From Patescibacteria group bacterium (GTDB lineage Bacteria > Patescibacteriota > Minisyncoccia > UBA6257 > HR35), in the NCBI GenBank assembly GCA_025060575.1, contig JANXBL010000001.1:1-60345 (forward strand): 60,345 bases of DNA, written 5' to 3'. Position 1 is the stretch's first letter; each line of letters starts with the position of its first letter. Shown here in pieces: positions 53,514 through 60,345 of this stretch. The notes beneath the pieces were generated by a model. The model was not told where the DNA came from, did no database searches, and saw only the letters and a list, made by a program, of their open reading frames with translations. A program made the translations under genes and the position numbers.

Positions 53514-53882
53514 TTAAACCAATTCAGGAGCTAAATTAGCAATTTTTTCATATCCCATTTCTTTTATTTCTCTGGGAATTGGACCAAAAATTCTGTTGCC
53601 CAAAATATCTTTTTGGCCCTTTAAAATAATACAAGCATTTTCTTCAAAACGAACATAGCTACCATCTTGACGACGAAAAGGTTTTTTCTGTCTGACTACT
53701 AAAGCTTTGACCACTGCTCCTTTTTTTATTTCTCGACGAGGCAATACAGCTTTAACTGAACAAGTAATAACATCTCCAATTTGAGCATACCTAGCGTTAC
53801 CCTTTCCTACCAAACCAATACACTGCAACTTTAATGCCCCCGAATTATCAGCGCAGTTTAAAATTGTTCTTCTTTGAATCAT
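53514..53882 (-). CDS. rplN: 50S ribosomal protein L14
   Basis: MIQRRTILNCADNSGA...; GPIPREI. Confidence 0.95.
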   Translation of the reverse strand: MIQRRTILNCADNSGALKLQCIGLVGKGNARYAQIGDVITCSVKAVLPRREIKKGAVVKALVVRQKKPFRRQDGSYVRFEENACIILKGQKDILGNRIFGPIPREIKEMGYEKIANLAPELV

Positions 53883-54121
53883 TCCTGTTTAGAGATTATT
53901 TTGACTAAACGCCAACGTTTTAATCTTGACAATGGTCTCGTTTCCTCAATTAAAACAACATCGCCCACTTTTGCCTCGTTCTTTTCATCATGAACATAGT
54001 GTTTTGTTCGATGTCGATAATATTTTTTATAGCGAGAATGTTTCCTTAAGTTCTCACTTACAGCAACAAAACTTTTATCCATCTTATCTGATATTACCTT
54101 AGCGGTTAATTGCTTTCTCAT
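53879..54121 (-). CDS. rpsQ: 30S ribosomal protein S17
   Basis: KVISDKMDKSFVAV...YVHDEKNEAKVGDVVLIEETRPLS. Confidence 0.93.
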   Translation of the reverse strand: MRKQLTAKVISDKMDKSFVAVSENLRKHSRYKKYYRHRTKHYVHDEKNEAKVGDVVLIEETRPLSRLKRWRLVKIISKQE

Positions 54122-54299
54122 TTTCCCTTATAATGGTTAAGACTCGAGCCAAATCTTTTTTAGCTAATTTTAAAAGGTGTGGTTTGCTTAGTTTGTTCAA
54201 TGATTTGTCAATCAACAATTGATTTATTCTCTTTCTTAAATCTTCGGCTATCCTTCTCAATTCTGATAAAGTTTTATTTCTGAGTTCTTTTGCTTTCAT
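54099..54299 (-). CDS. rpmC: 50S ribosomal protein L29
   Basis: MKAKELRNKTLSEL...; operon position between L16 and S17. Confidence 0.9.
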   Translation of the reverse strand: MKAKELRNKTLSELRRIAEDLRKRINQLLIDKSLNKLSKPHLLKLAKKDLARVLTIIRENEKAINR

Positions 54300-54709
54300 G
54301 ATCGACTGATTATTTGAGTTTTAATACTCAGTTTATAAGCAGCTTTCTTTAGCGCTTGCTTTAACATATCTAGACTAATTCCTGAAGCCTCAAAGATAAT
54401 CGAACCTGGTTTAACAAAGGTAACATAAGCATCAACATCGCCTTTACCTCCTCCCATTCTTGTTTCAGGAGGTTTTTTAGTTTTAGGCAAATGAGGAAAT
54501 ACTCTCAACCAATATCTTCCTTTTTTCCCTAGTCTTTTTTTCAATTCATTCATTGCTGATTCTATTTCACGATTATAAATAATCTTTGACTCAAGAGATC
54601 TTAAGCCTACCTCACCATGAATTAAAGTAGTACCCTTAGTAGCAATCTTTCTGTTAAGCGATCTGCCTTTCTGTCTCTTACGATATTTTAATCTCTTAGG
54701 TTGAAGCAT
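54296..54709 (-). CDS. rplP: 50S ribosomal protein L16
   Basis: Canonical start MLQPKRLKYRKRQKGR at 54709 (the track ORF begins 9 codons earlier); RMGGGKGDVD. Confidence 0.93.
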   Translation of the reverse strand: MLQPKRLKYRKRQKGRSLNRKIATKGTTLIHGEVGLRSLESKIIYNREIESAMNELKKRLGKKGRYWLRVFPHLPKTKKPPETRMGGGKGDVDAYVTFVKPGSIIFEASGISLDMLKQALKKAAYKLSIKTQIISRS

Positions 54710-55379
54710 CGTTTTCGTAAGAATCTTTATCGCCACGATAAACCCAAACTTTAACTCCTAAAATACCATATTTGGTAAGCACTGGTAATTGAGCATAATC
54801 AATGTCAGCAACAAGTTTAGATAGAGGAATTCGCCCCCAGGAAACAGTTTCGCTTCTTTTAATTGTTGATCCATCTAATCGTCCTTTTGCCTTTATCTTG
54901 ATTCCTAAAATTTCCTTTTGCTGTCTTGCTCTTTCAATAACTCTTTTCAGAATTTTCCTTGTATTAAAACCTCTTTCCAAATCTTGAGCAACCATTTCCG
55001 CTAAATACATTGCTGAAAGCAAAGGTTTTTTTACCTCAACTATGTCAACATCTAAACTTGGAGGTGTCATTCCCTTGCTAATGAAAATATGATTAACTTT
55101 TTTCTCAATTTTCCTTATTAACTCTTTTAAAGCCTGGCCTTCTTTACCAATCAACAAACCCGGTTTAGAAGTTTCAATGATTACTTTGGCATGGTCATGA
55201 CTTTTTCTCTCAATAATAACCTCAATTACACCAGCTCGAGGAAAGTTCTTCTTAATAATCTCTCTGATCCAATAATCAGCCTCTAAAAAAACTACCGATT
55301 TTTTACTAAAAAACCATCTGGAACGCCAATATTTGTTAATCCCTATTCTTAAAGCAGTTGCTGGTACCTTTTGCCCCAT
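54696..55379 (-). CDS. rpsC: 30S ribosomal protein S3
   Basis: [14 protein letters not shown]..., KH domain, GRLDGSTIKRSE. Confidence 0.95.
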   Translation of the reverse strand: MGQKVPATALRIGINKYWRSRWFFSKKSVVFLEADYWIREIIKKNFPRAGVIEVIIERKSHDHAKVIIETSKPGLLIGKEGQALKELIRKIEKKVNHIFISKGMTPPSLDVDIVEVKKPLLSAMYLAEMVAQDLERGFNTRKILKRVIERARQQKEILGIKIKAKGRLDGSTIKRSETVSWGRIPLSKLVADIDYAQLPVLTKYGILGVKVWVYRGDKDSYENDAST

Positions 55380-55711
55380 TATTTATTTTTATCTAAAATC
55401 AGTTCAATGTGGCTTAATTTTTTAACTATACGACCAACTGCTCCTCTTGCCTTTGGATAAAACCTTCTTAATTTTTTTGGACCTTCCTGAACGATGATAT
55501 TTTTAACATATAACTCTTCGGCCTGATAACCTTTATTCCGAGCATTACTAAGAGCTGATTTTAAAAGTTTTAAAATGATCTTTGCTGCTCTTTTATGAAT
55601 AAAAGATAAATATCTCTCAGCTTCGTTGACAGATTTTTTCCTAATAACCTTAGCCACCACTCTCAATTTACGAGGCATCATTCTTAAATAATTTAACCTA
55701 GCTCTGATCAT
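55379..55711 (-). CDS. rplV: 50S ribosomal protein L22
   Basis: [22 protein letters not shown]...; [16 protein letters not shown]. Confidence 0.93.
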   Translation of the reverse strand: MIRARLNYLRMMPRKLRVVAKVIRKKSVNEAERYLSFIHKRAAKIILKLLKSALSNARNKGYQAEELYVKNIIVQEGPKKLRRFYPKARGAVGRIVKKLSHIELILDKNK

Positions 55712-56010
55712 CCTTTTGCTTTTTTAGCTGCTAATTCTGCTGCTCGACCACCATGACGAATAAACTTTCTGGTAGGAGCAAATTCCCCTAAACGATGACC
55801 AACCATATCTTCTACTACTTTAACTTTGATAAATTGCTTTCCATTATGAACTTCAAATGTCAAACCAACCATATCAGGACTTATGGTTGAATCTCTATCC
55901 CAAGTTCTAATAACTGTCTTTGATCTCTCTTCAATTGGAAGCTCTTTAATTTTCATAACTTTCTTTAATAGTTTTGGCGCTATATAGAAACCTTTTTTAC
56001 TACTTCTCAT
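55708..56010 (-). CDS. rpsS: 30S ribosomal protein S19
   Basis: [12 protein letters not shown]...; [28 protein letters not shown]. Confidence 0.95.
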   Translation of the reverse strand: MRSSKKGFYIAPKLLKKVMKIKELPIEERSKTVIRTWDRDSTISPDMVGLTFEVHNGKQFIKVKVVEDMVGHRLGEFAPTRKFIRHGGRAAELAAKKAKG

Positions 56011-56843
56011 CTTCTTCTCTTAACTATTAATTTTGATGATGGTTTTCGCTTCTTTCTTGTCTTTCGTCCACCCGTAACATTACCCCACTTATCCTTGGGT
56101 TTTCTTGTCCCTCTTAAAGCTCTGCCCTCACCACCACCATAAGGATGATCTCTGGGATTCATTGCTGATCCTCTAACCTTAGGTCTTCTTCCTTTCCACC
56201 TACTTCTACCTGCTTTACCTAATTTTTCTAACCGATGAGCGACATTAGAAACTCGACCAATAGTTGCATAACACTCAGAGTGGATTTTTCTGATTTCACC
56301 CGATGGCATTTTAATCAAGGCGTAATTATTCTCGAAACCTAAAAGGACAGCCGCTGAACCCGCTGATCTAACTAATTTACCACCACCAAAAGGCACGAGT
56401 TCTATCTCAAAAATTTCCGTACCTGGATTGATATTTTTTAATGGTAATCTATTACCTATTTTTGATTCAACGTTTTCGCCACAAATAATCTGATCCCCTA
56501 CTTTTAGATTTTCAGCTAGTAGATGATATCTCCTTTCACCGTCTGCGTATAAAACTAAGCAAATAAAAGCACTTCTATTGGGATCATATTCAATTGTTTC
56601 TATTTTTGCGGGCACATCCTTTTTGTCCCGTCTAGAAAAATCGATTATTCTCAAAATTCTACGATGTATTGGATTAGCTCTAAATCTTACCGTTATTCTG
56701 CCTTGGGAGTTTCTAGCAGATCTTTTCTTTAGCGATACGGTTAAAGGTTTATACGGCTCATCACTATTGATGATTTTCTTCTTATCAATAATCACCCTCA
56801 CAATCTTAGCTGGGCCTCTAGATTTAATAGTTTTTATGACCAT
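56007..56843 (-). CDS. rplB: 50S ribosomal protein L2
   Basis: [13 protein letters not shown]-type block, [27 protein letters not shown]. Confidence 0.96.
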   Translation of the reverse strand: MVIKTIKSRGPAKIVRVIIDKKKIINSDEPYKPLTVSLKKRSARNSQGRITVRFRANPIHRRILRIIDFSRRDKKDVPAKIETIEYDPNRSAFICLVLYADGERRYHLLAENLKVGDQIICGENVESKIGNRLPLKNINPGTEIFEIELVPFGGGKLVRSAGSAAVLLGFENNYALIKMPSGEIRKIHSECYATIGRVSNVAHRLEKLGKAGRSRWKGRRPKVRGSAMNPRDHPYGGGEGRALRGTRKPKDKWGNVTGGRKTRKKRKPSSKLIVKRRR

Positions 56844-56937
56844 TATTAAAAAAGCAAGATTTAAAATTGAATCTTTAATGTGATTTTAGGTAAAAGTTAA
56901 TACTAACTTATCTTATAACTTAAATTATAACATAGAG

Positions 56938-57318
56938 TTACTCAAAAATAGAAATTTTTTGTCCTTGAGCCAATTTTACAAAAACCTTTTTAAACTCAGG
57001 TCTAACATTTTTCAATCGAGCACGTCCTCTCCTCCTCTTTTGATAATTGATAATGTTTAGTCTAACTATTTTAACCCCAAACATTCTAGAGATTATACTT
57101 TTTAACTGATTTTTATTTAAATGTTTTTGAGCTTTAAAAACATATATGTTTTGTCTAGCTAAAAGATTATTTTTTTCTGTTAATATAGGAACTACCGCAT
57201 TTTTTTCCGCTTTATCGATTGTCAATTTTTCATTCTCCACAATTTCTTTCTTTTCATCATCTTCAATTTTTTCTTTACCTTTATCTCCCCACTTTTTTTT
57301 GAAAAATGGAAACTTCAT
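56938..57318 (-). CDS. rplW: 50S ribosomal protein L23 (with about 35-aa acidic/basic N-terminal extension)
   Basis: Core ...YVFKAQKHLNKNQLKSIISRMFGVKIVRLNIIN...KKVFVKLAQGQKI; operon position. Confidence 0.88.
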   Translation of the reverse strand: MKFPFFKKKWGDKGKEKIEDDEKKEIVENEKLTIDKAEKNAVVPILTEKNNLLARQNIYVFKAQKHLNKNQLKSIISRMFGVKIVRLNIINYQKRRRGRARLKNVRPEFKKVFVKLAQGQKISIFE

Positions 57319-57962
57319 TTGCTAAAAGTTTTTCTAATAACGTTAATTGAGTCTTTAGTTAAAAATAAATACTTATGATTAAGTATTTCTATAAGATTTA
57401 AATTCCTTGCTTCAATAACATCAGCATAGGGTAAATTTCTGACACTTCTAAAAATCTCCGGCTTATTGTTTTCGATTATCAACAATCCACTCTCTCGCTT
57501 TTTGGTTGTCTTTCGCGGTTGTAAAAAGTGTGCAAAAAATTTATCAAATTCTTTGGTCTTATAAGCATTAGGTTCCGCCTTATCAATAACCTTTAAAAAA
57601 CTCTCTTTTAATTTCTGAGAAAGAGCGATTAAAATAGCTTTCCTTTTCATTTTTAAATTAACCCTTATCTTTTTTCTATTTTCTTTTCTTGGACCAAAGG
57701 TTACTCCTCCGCCTTTCCACAAAGGCGACCTAATTGAACCATGTCTTGCTCTACCTGTTCCTTTCTGACGCCAAGGTTTTCTCCCTCCTCCTCTCACTTC
57801 TCCCCTATCCTTAGTATGAGCATAAGGATAATATCCTTTTAACAGATACCATCTCATAACCTGATGAATTAATTGTTTATTCATTTTTAATCCGAATACA
57901 TCTTCAGGCAAATCAATTTCTCCTATCACTTCTCCCTTAAAATTGTAAAGATTTGTTTTCAT
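57315..57962 (-). CDS. rplD: 50S ribosomal protein L4
   Basis: RGEVRGGGRKPWRQKGTGRARHGSIRSPLWKGGGVTFGP. Confidence 0.95.
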   Translation of the reverse strand: MKTNLYNFKGEVIGEIDLPEDVFGLKMNKQLIHQVMRWYLLKGYYPYAHTKDRGEVRGGGRKPWRQKGTGRARHGSIRSPLWKGGGVTFGPRKENRKKIRVNLKMKRKAILIALSQKLKESFLKVIDKAEPNAYKTKEFDKFFAHFLQPRKTTKKRESGLLIIENNKPEIFRSVRNLPYADVIEARNLNLIEILNHKYLFLTKDSINVIRKTFSK

Positions 57963-57963
57963 C

Positions 57964-58539
57964 TTAAGTTTTTATTTCCACCAATGAATGATTAGGACCA
58001 GGAATTGATCCTTTAAGCAAAAGCAAGTTTTCTTCTGGGAATATATCGACAACTTTTAGATTTTTAATTGTCACATAAAAAGGTGCAATTCTACCAGCCA
58101 TCTTTAACCCTTTTCTTACTCTTTGAGGCCATTTTTGACCAATCGAACCACCATGCCTATGTGTATCTTCCTGCCCATGAGTTTTTGGACCCCCAGCAAA
58201 GCTATGTCTCTTTACTACTCCAGAAAAACCTTTAGCCTTTCTTTTAGACCTAACTTTAACCAATTCATCTCTCTGAAAAACATTAACTTTCAAAATATCA
58301 CCCACTTTTAAAAGCTTAGCTACATTTGATAATCTAAATTCTCTTAACACCTTCTTCTTCCCAACACTAAAACTTAACACCGCTGCATCATAGCCATCTT
58401 TTTCCTTTGTTTTTATAGCAACCACTTCGCATGGTCCAGCTTTAATAACTGTCACAGGCATAGTTCCGTCATCTCTAAAAATTTGAGTCATACCAACCTT
58501 TTCTCCTAATAAAAATTTAACATTTTCTAACTCTGACAT
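57964..58539 (-). CDS. rplC: 50S ribosomal protein L3
   Basis: LLGEKVGMTQIF..., KGFSGVVKRHSFAGGPKTHG. Confidence 0.95.
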   Translation of the reverse strand: MSELENVKFLLGEKVGMTQIFRDDGTMPVTVIKAGPCEVVAIKTKEKDGYDAAVLSFSVGKKKVLREFRLSNVAKLLKVGDILKVNVFQRDELVKVRSKRKAKGFSGVVKRHSFAGGPKTHGQEDTHRHGGSIGQKWPQRVRKGLKMAGRIAPFYVTIKNLKVVDIFPEENLLLLKGSIPGPNHSLVEIKT

Positions 58540-58583
58540 CGGCTTAGAATTGGATTATGGGTTAATTTAGATTGACGTTTAAG

Positions 58584-58910
58584 CTAAAGTTTTATTTCCA
58601 CCTCTACGCCTGCTGGTAAATCAAGAGAATTAAAAAGTTCAATCATCCTCTGGGTTGGATTAATAACATCAAGAATTCTTTTATGAATCCTCATTTCAAA
58701 TTGCTCCATACTTTTTTTATAGATAAAAGGAGAACGATTAACTGAATATTTTTTAATTTCAGTTGGCAAAGGAACTGGGCCCCTTATTTCAACGCCCTCT
58801 TTTTGGAAAAGTTCAACAATTTGCTTTAATGACTTATCTAAAAGTCGATGATCGTACGATTTAAATCGTAACCTAACTATCTGTTGAGTGTCAGTCTTGT
58901 TCTTAACCAT
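58584..58910 (-). CDS. rpsJ: 30S ribosomal protein S10
   Basis: IRLRFKSYDHRLLD..., GPVPLPT, HKRILDV. Confidence 0.95.
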   Translation of the reverse strand: MVKNKTDTQQIVRLRFKSYDHRLLDKSLKQIVELFQKEGVEIRGPVPLPTEIKKYSVNRSPFIYKKSMEQFEMRIHKRILDVINPTQRMIELFNSLDLPAGVEVEIKL

Positions 58911-58937
58911 ACTATAATACTAGTAAAAATCCTATGT

Positions 58938-60134
58938 TTATTTCAATATCTTAGTAACTACACCTGCTCCAACTGTTTTTCCTCCTTCTCTTACAGCAAA
59001 TCTCGAACCTTCTTCTAGAGCAATAGGATAGATTAGCTTGGCTGACATTTTGGCATTATCACCAGGCATAACCGCTTCAATTCCCTCCGCCAAAGTTATC
59101 TCGCCAGTAACATCAGTAGTTCTAAAGTAAAATTGAGGTTTATAACCAGTATGAAAAGGAGTATGACGACCTCCCTCTTCTGCTCTCAAAACATAGATTT
59201 CAGCTTCAAATTCAGTATGAGGAGTAATTGTCCCCGGTTTAGCAACGACCATTCCTCGTTCAACATCTTCTTTCTTCACTCCTCTTAGAAGCAATCCAAC
59301 ATTATCTCCAGGAATAGCTTCGTCCATCTGCTTATGAAACATTTCAATTCCGGTCACGACTGTTTTAAATGGCTGATGGCTTAGGCCTACCACTTCTACT
59401 TCTTCATTAAGTTTAATTACTCCTCTTTCTACTCTACCAGTAACAACTGTCCCTCGACCTTCAATTGAAAAAACATCCTCAATTGGCATTAAAAATGGCT
59501 TATCAACCTCTCTTTGAGGTTCAGGAATATAATTATCCAAAGCATCAATAAGCTCTAAAATTCCCTTTACCCATTCATCATCTAATGACTTAGCATCCAA
59601 AGCCTTAAGAGCAGATCCTTTAATAACTGGAACTTCGTCTCCTGGATAACCATGTTTTTTAAGTTCTGCTCTTACGTCCTCCTCCACTAAATCAATTAGA
59701 TCCTTGTCTGGTACCATATCAACTTTATTTATAAAAACAACAATAGCTGGAACATTAACCTGCTTAGCCAATAAAATATGTTCTCTTGTCTGAGCCATTA
59801 CTCCATCATTAGCAGCTACCACTAATATTGCTCCATCCATTTGGGCAGCACCAATAATCATATTTTTAATATAGTCAACATGTCCAGGTGCATCAATGTG
59901 AGCATAATGTCTCTTTTCTGTTTCATACTCACAGTGATGAATGTTAATAGTAATACCTCTTGCTTTTTCCTCTGGTGCTTTATCTATCTCTTCATAAGTT
60001 AAGGCTTTATCGACTAATCCTTTCAACTTTAAAACATGCTGAATAGCAGCAGTTAAAGTTGTTTTACCGTGATCAATATGACCAATAGTACCAACGTTAA
60101 TATGAGGCTTATTTCTTTCAAATTTTGCTGGCAT
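58938..60134 (-). CDS. tuf: elongation factor Tu
   Basis: [22 protein letters not shown], full-length 398 aa. Confidence 0.98.
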   Translation of the reverse strand: MPAKFERNKPHINVGTIGHIDHGKTTLTAAIQHVLKLKGLVDKALTYEEIDKAPEEKARGITINIHHCEYETEKRHYAHIDAPGHVDYIKNMIIGAAQMDGAILVVAANDGVMAQTREHILLAKQVNVPAIVVFINKVDMVPDKDLIDLVEEDVRAELKKHGYPGDEVPVIKGSALKALDAKSLDDEWVKGILELIDALDNYIPEPQREVDKPFLMPIEDVFSIEGRGTVVTGRVERGVIKLNEEVEVVGLSHQPFKTVVTGIEMFHKQMDEAIPGDNVGLLLRGVKKEDVERGMVVAKPGTITPHTEFEAEIYVLRAEEGGRHTPFHTGYKPQFYFRTTDVTGEITLAEGIEAVMPGDNAKMSAKLIYPIALEEGSRFAVREGGKTVGAGVVTKILK

Positions 60135-60220
60135 TATAATTTAGTTCAATAATAAAAACGACCTTCTAATGATTTTAAAAGTTTATTATTTTCTTAAGTT
60201 TAATATTGATACTCTTTTCT

Positions 60221-60249
60221 ATTTTAAACTAAAAATTTTCAAAAGTCAA
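60221..60249 (-). promoter_or_regulatory. sigma70-type promoter upstream of tuf
   Basis: Minus strand: TTGACT (60249-60244), 17-nt spacer, TAAAAT (60226-60221), about 85 nt upstream of the tuf ATG. Confidence 0.55.
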
Positions 60250-60345
60250 ATAATAAAAATAAAAATTCAATTATTTCCCAACCCCCTCACCTCCTCATCT
60301 TCCATATCAATATTATCTGTTCTCTAGGTGCTAGATAAGGAATAG

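Noticed and set aside
60280-60345. Possible 3' end of a minus-strand gene at the right window edge (...IPYLAPREQIILIWKMRR*), or a tiny ORF MEDEEVRGLGNN.
   Set aside because: It is too short and truncated to evaluate and has no recognisable motif. The G-rich GAGGAGGTGAGGGGG stretch could equally be non-coding.

Overview
This is an AT-rich (about one-third G+C by eye), very gene-dense bacterial chromosome segment. Most genes are on the minus strand, and TGA is used as a stop, so the standard code applies. Most of the window is core housekeeping: rpoB-rpoC, a tuf-S10-spc ribosomal cluster ending in secY-adk, rpsL-rpsG, groES-groEL, secA, dnaE, ligA, serS, glyA, murG-ftsW and five tRNAs. There is no L30 gene between S5 and L15, pilin genes are numerous, proteins are small and metabolic genes are orphaned. 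Together these fit a Candidate Phyla Radiation (Patescibacteria)-like genome. Type IV pilus genes sit at both ends of the first 44 kb: pilC-pilB at 1-2253 and six pilin-like genes at 37.3-44.4 kb. I saw no CRISPR array, transposase, integrase or rRNA. The parts worth a second look are small and mostly non-coding or accessory. (1) A promoter followed by a leader with three mutually exclusive hairpins sits in front of an operon of a stand-alone GTP cyclohydrolase II, an M19-like amidohydrolase and a 597-aa unknown protein. (2) A perfect 20-bp tandem duplication frameshifts a G+C-richer gene next to the tRNA cluster. (3) A G+C-rich, roughly 74-nt three-helix RNA element lies 6 nt upstream of a PfkB kinase start codon. 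(4) An unlisted 55-aa zinc-ribbon gene has a leader containing an SD, an anti-SD and an SD-mimic. (5) A Cys-rich secreted protein heads a minor-pilin operon that is translationally coupled to ligA. (6) A self-contained, G+C-richer 3D-domain cassette sits between rnhB and rplS. All functional calls rest on motif recognition by eye; no database search was possible.
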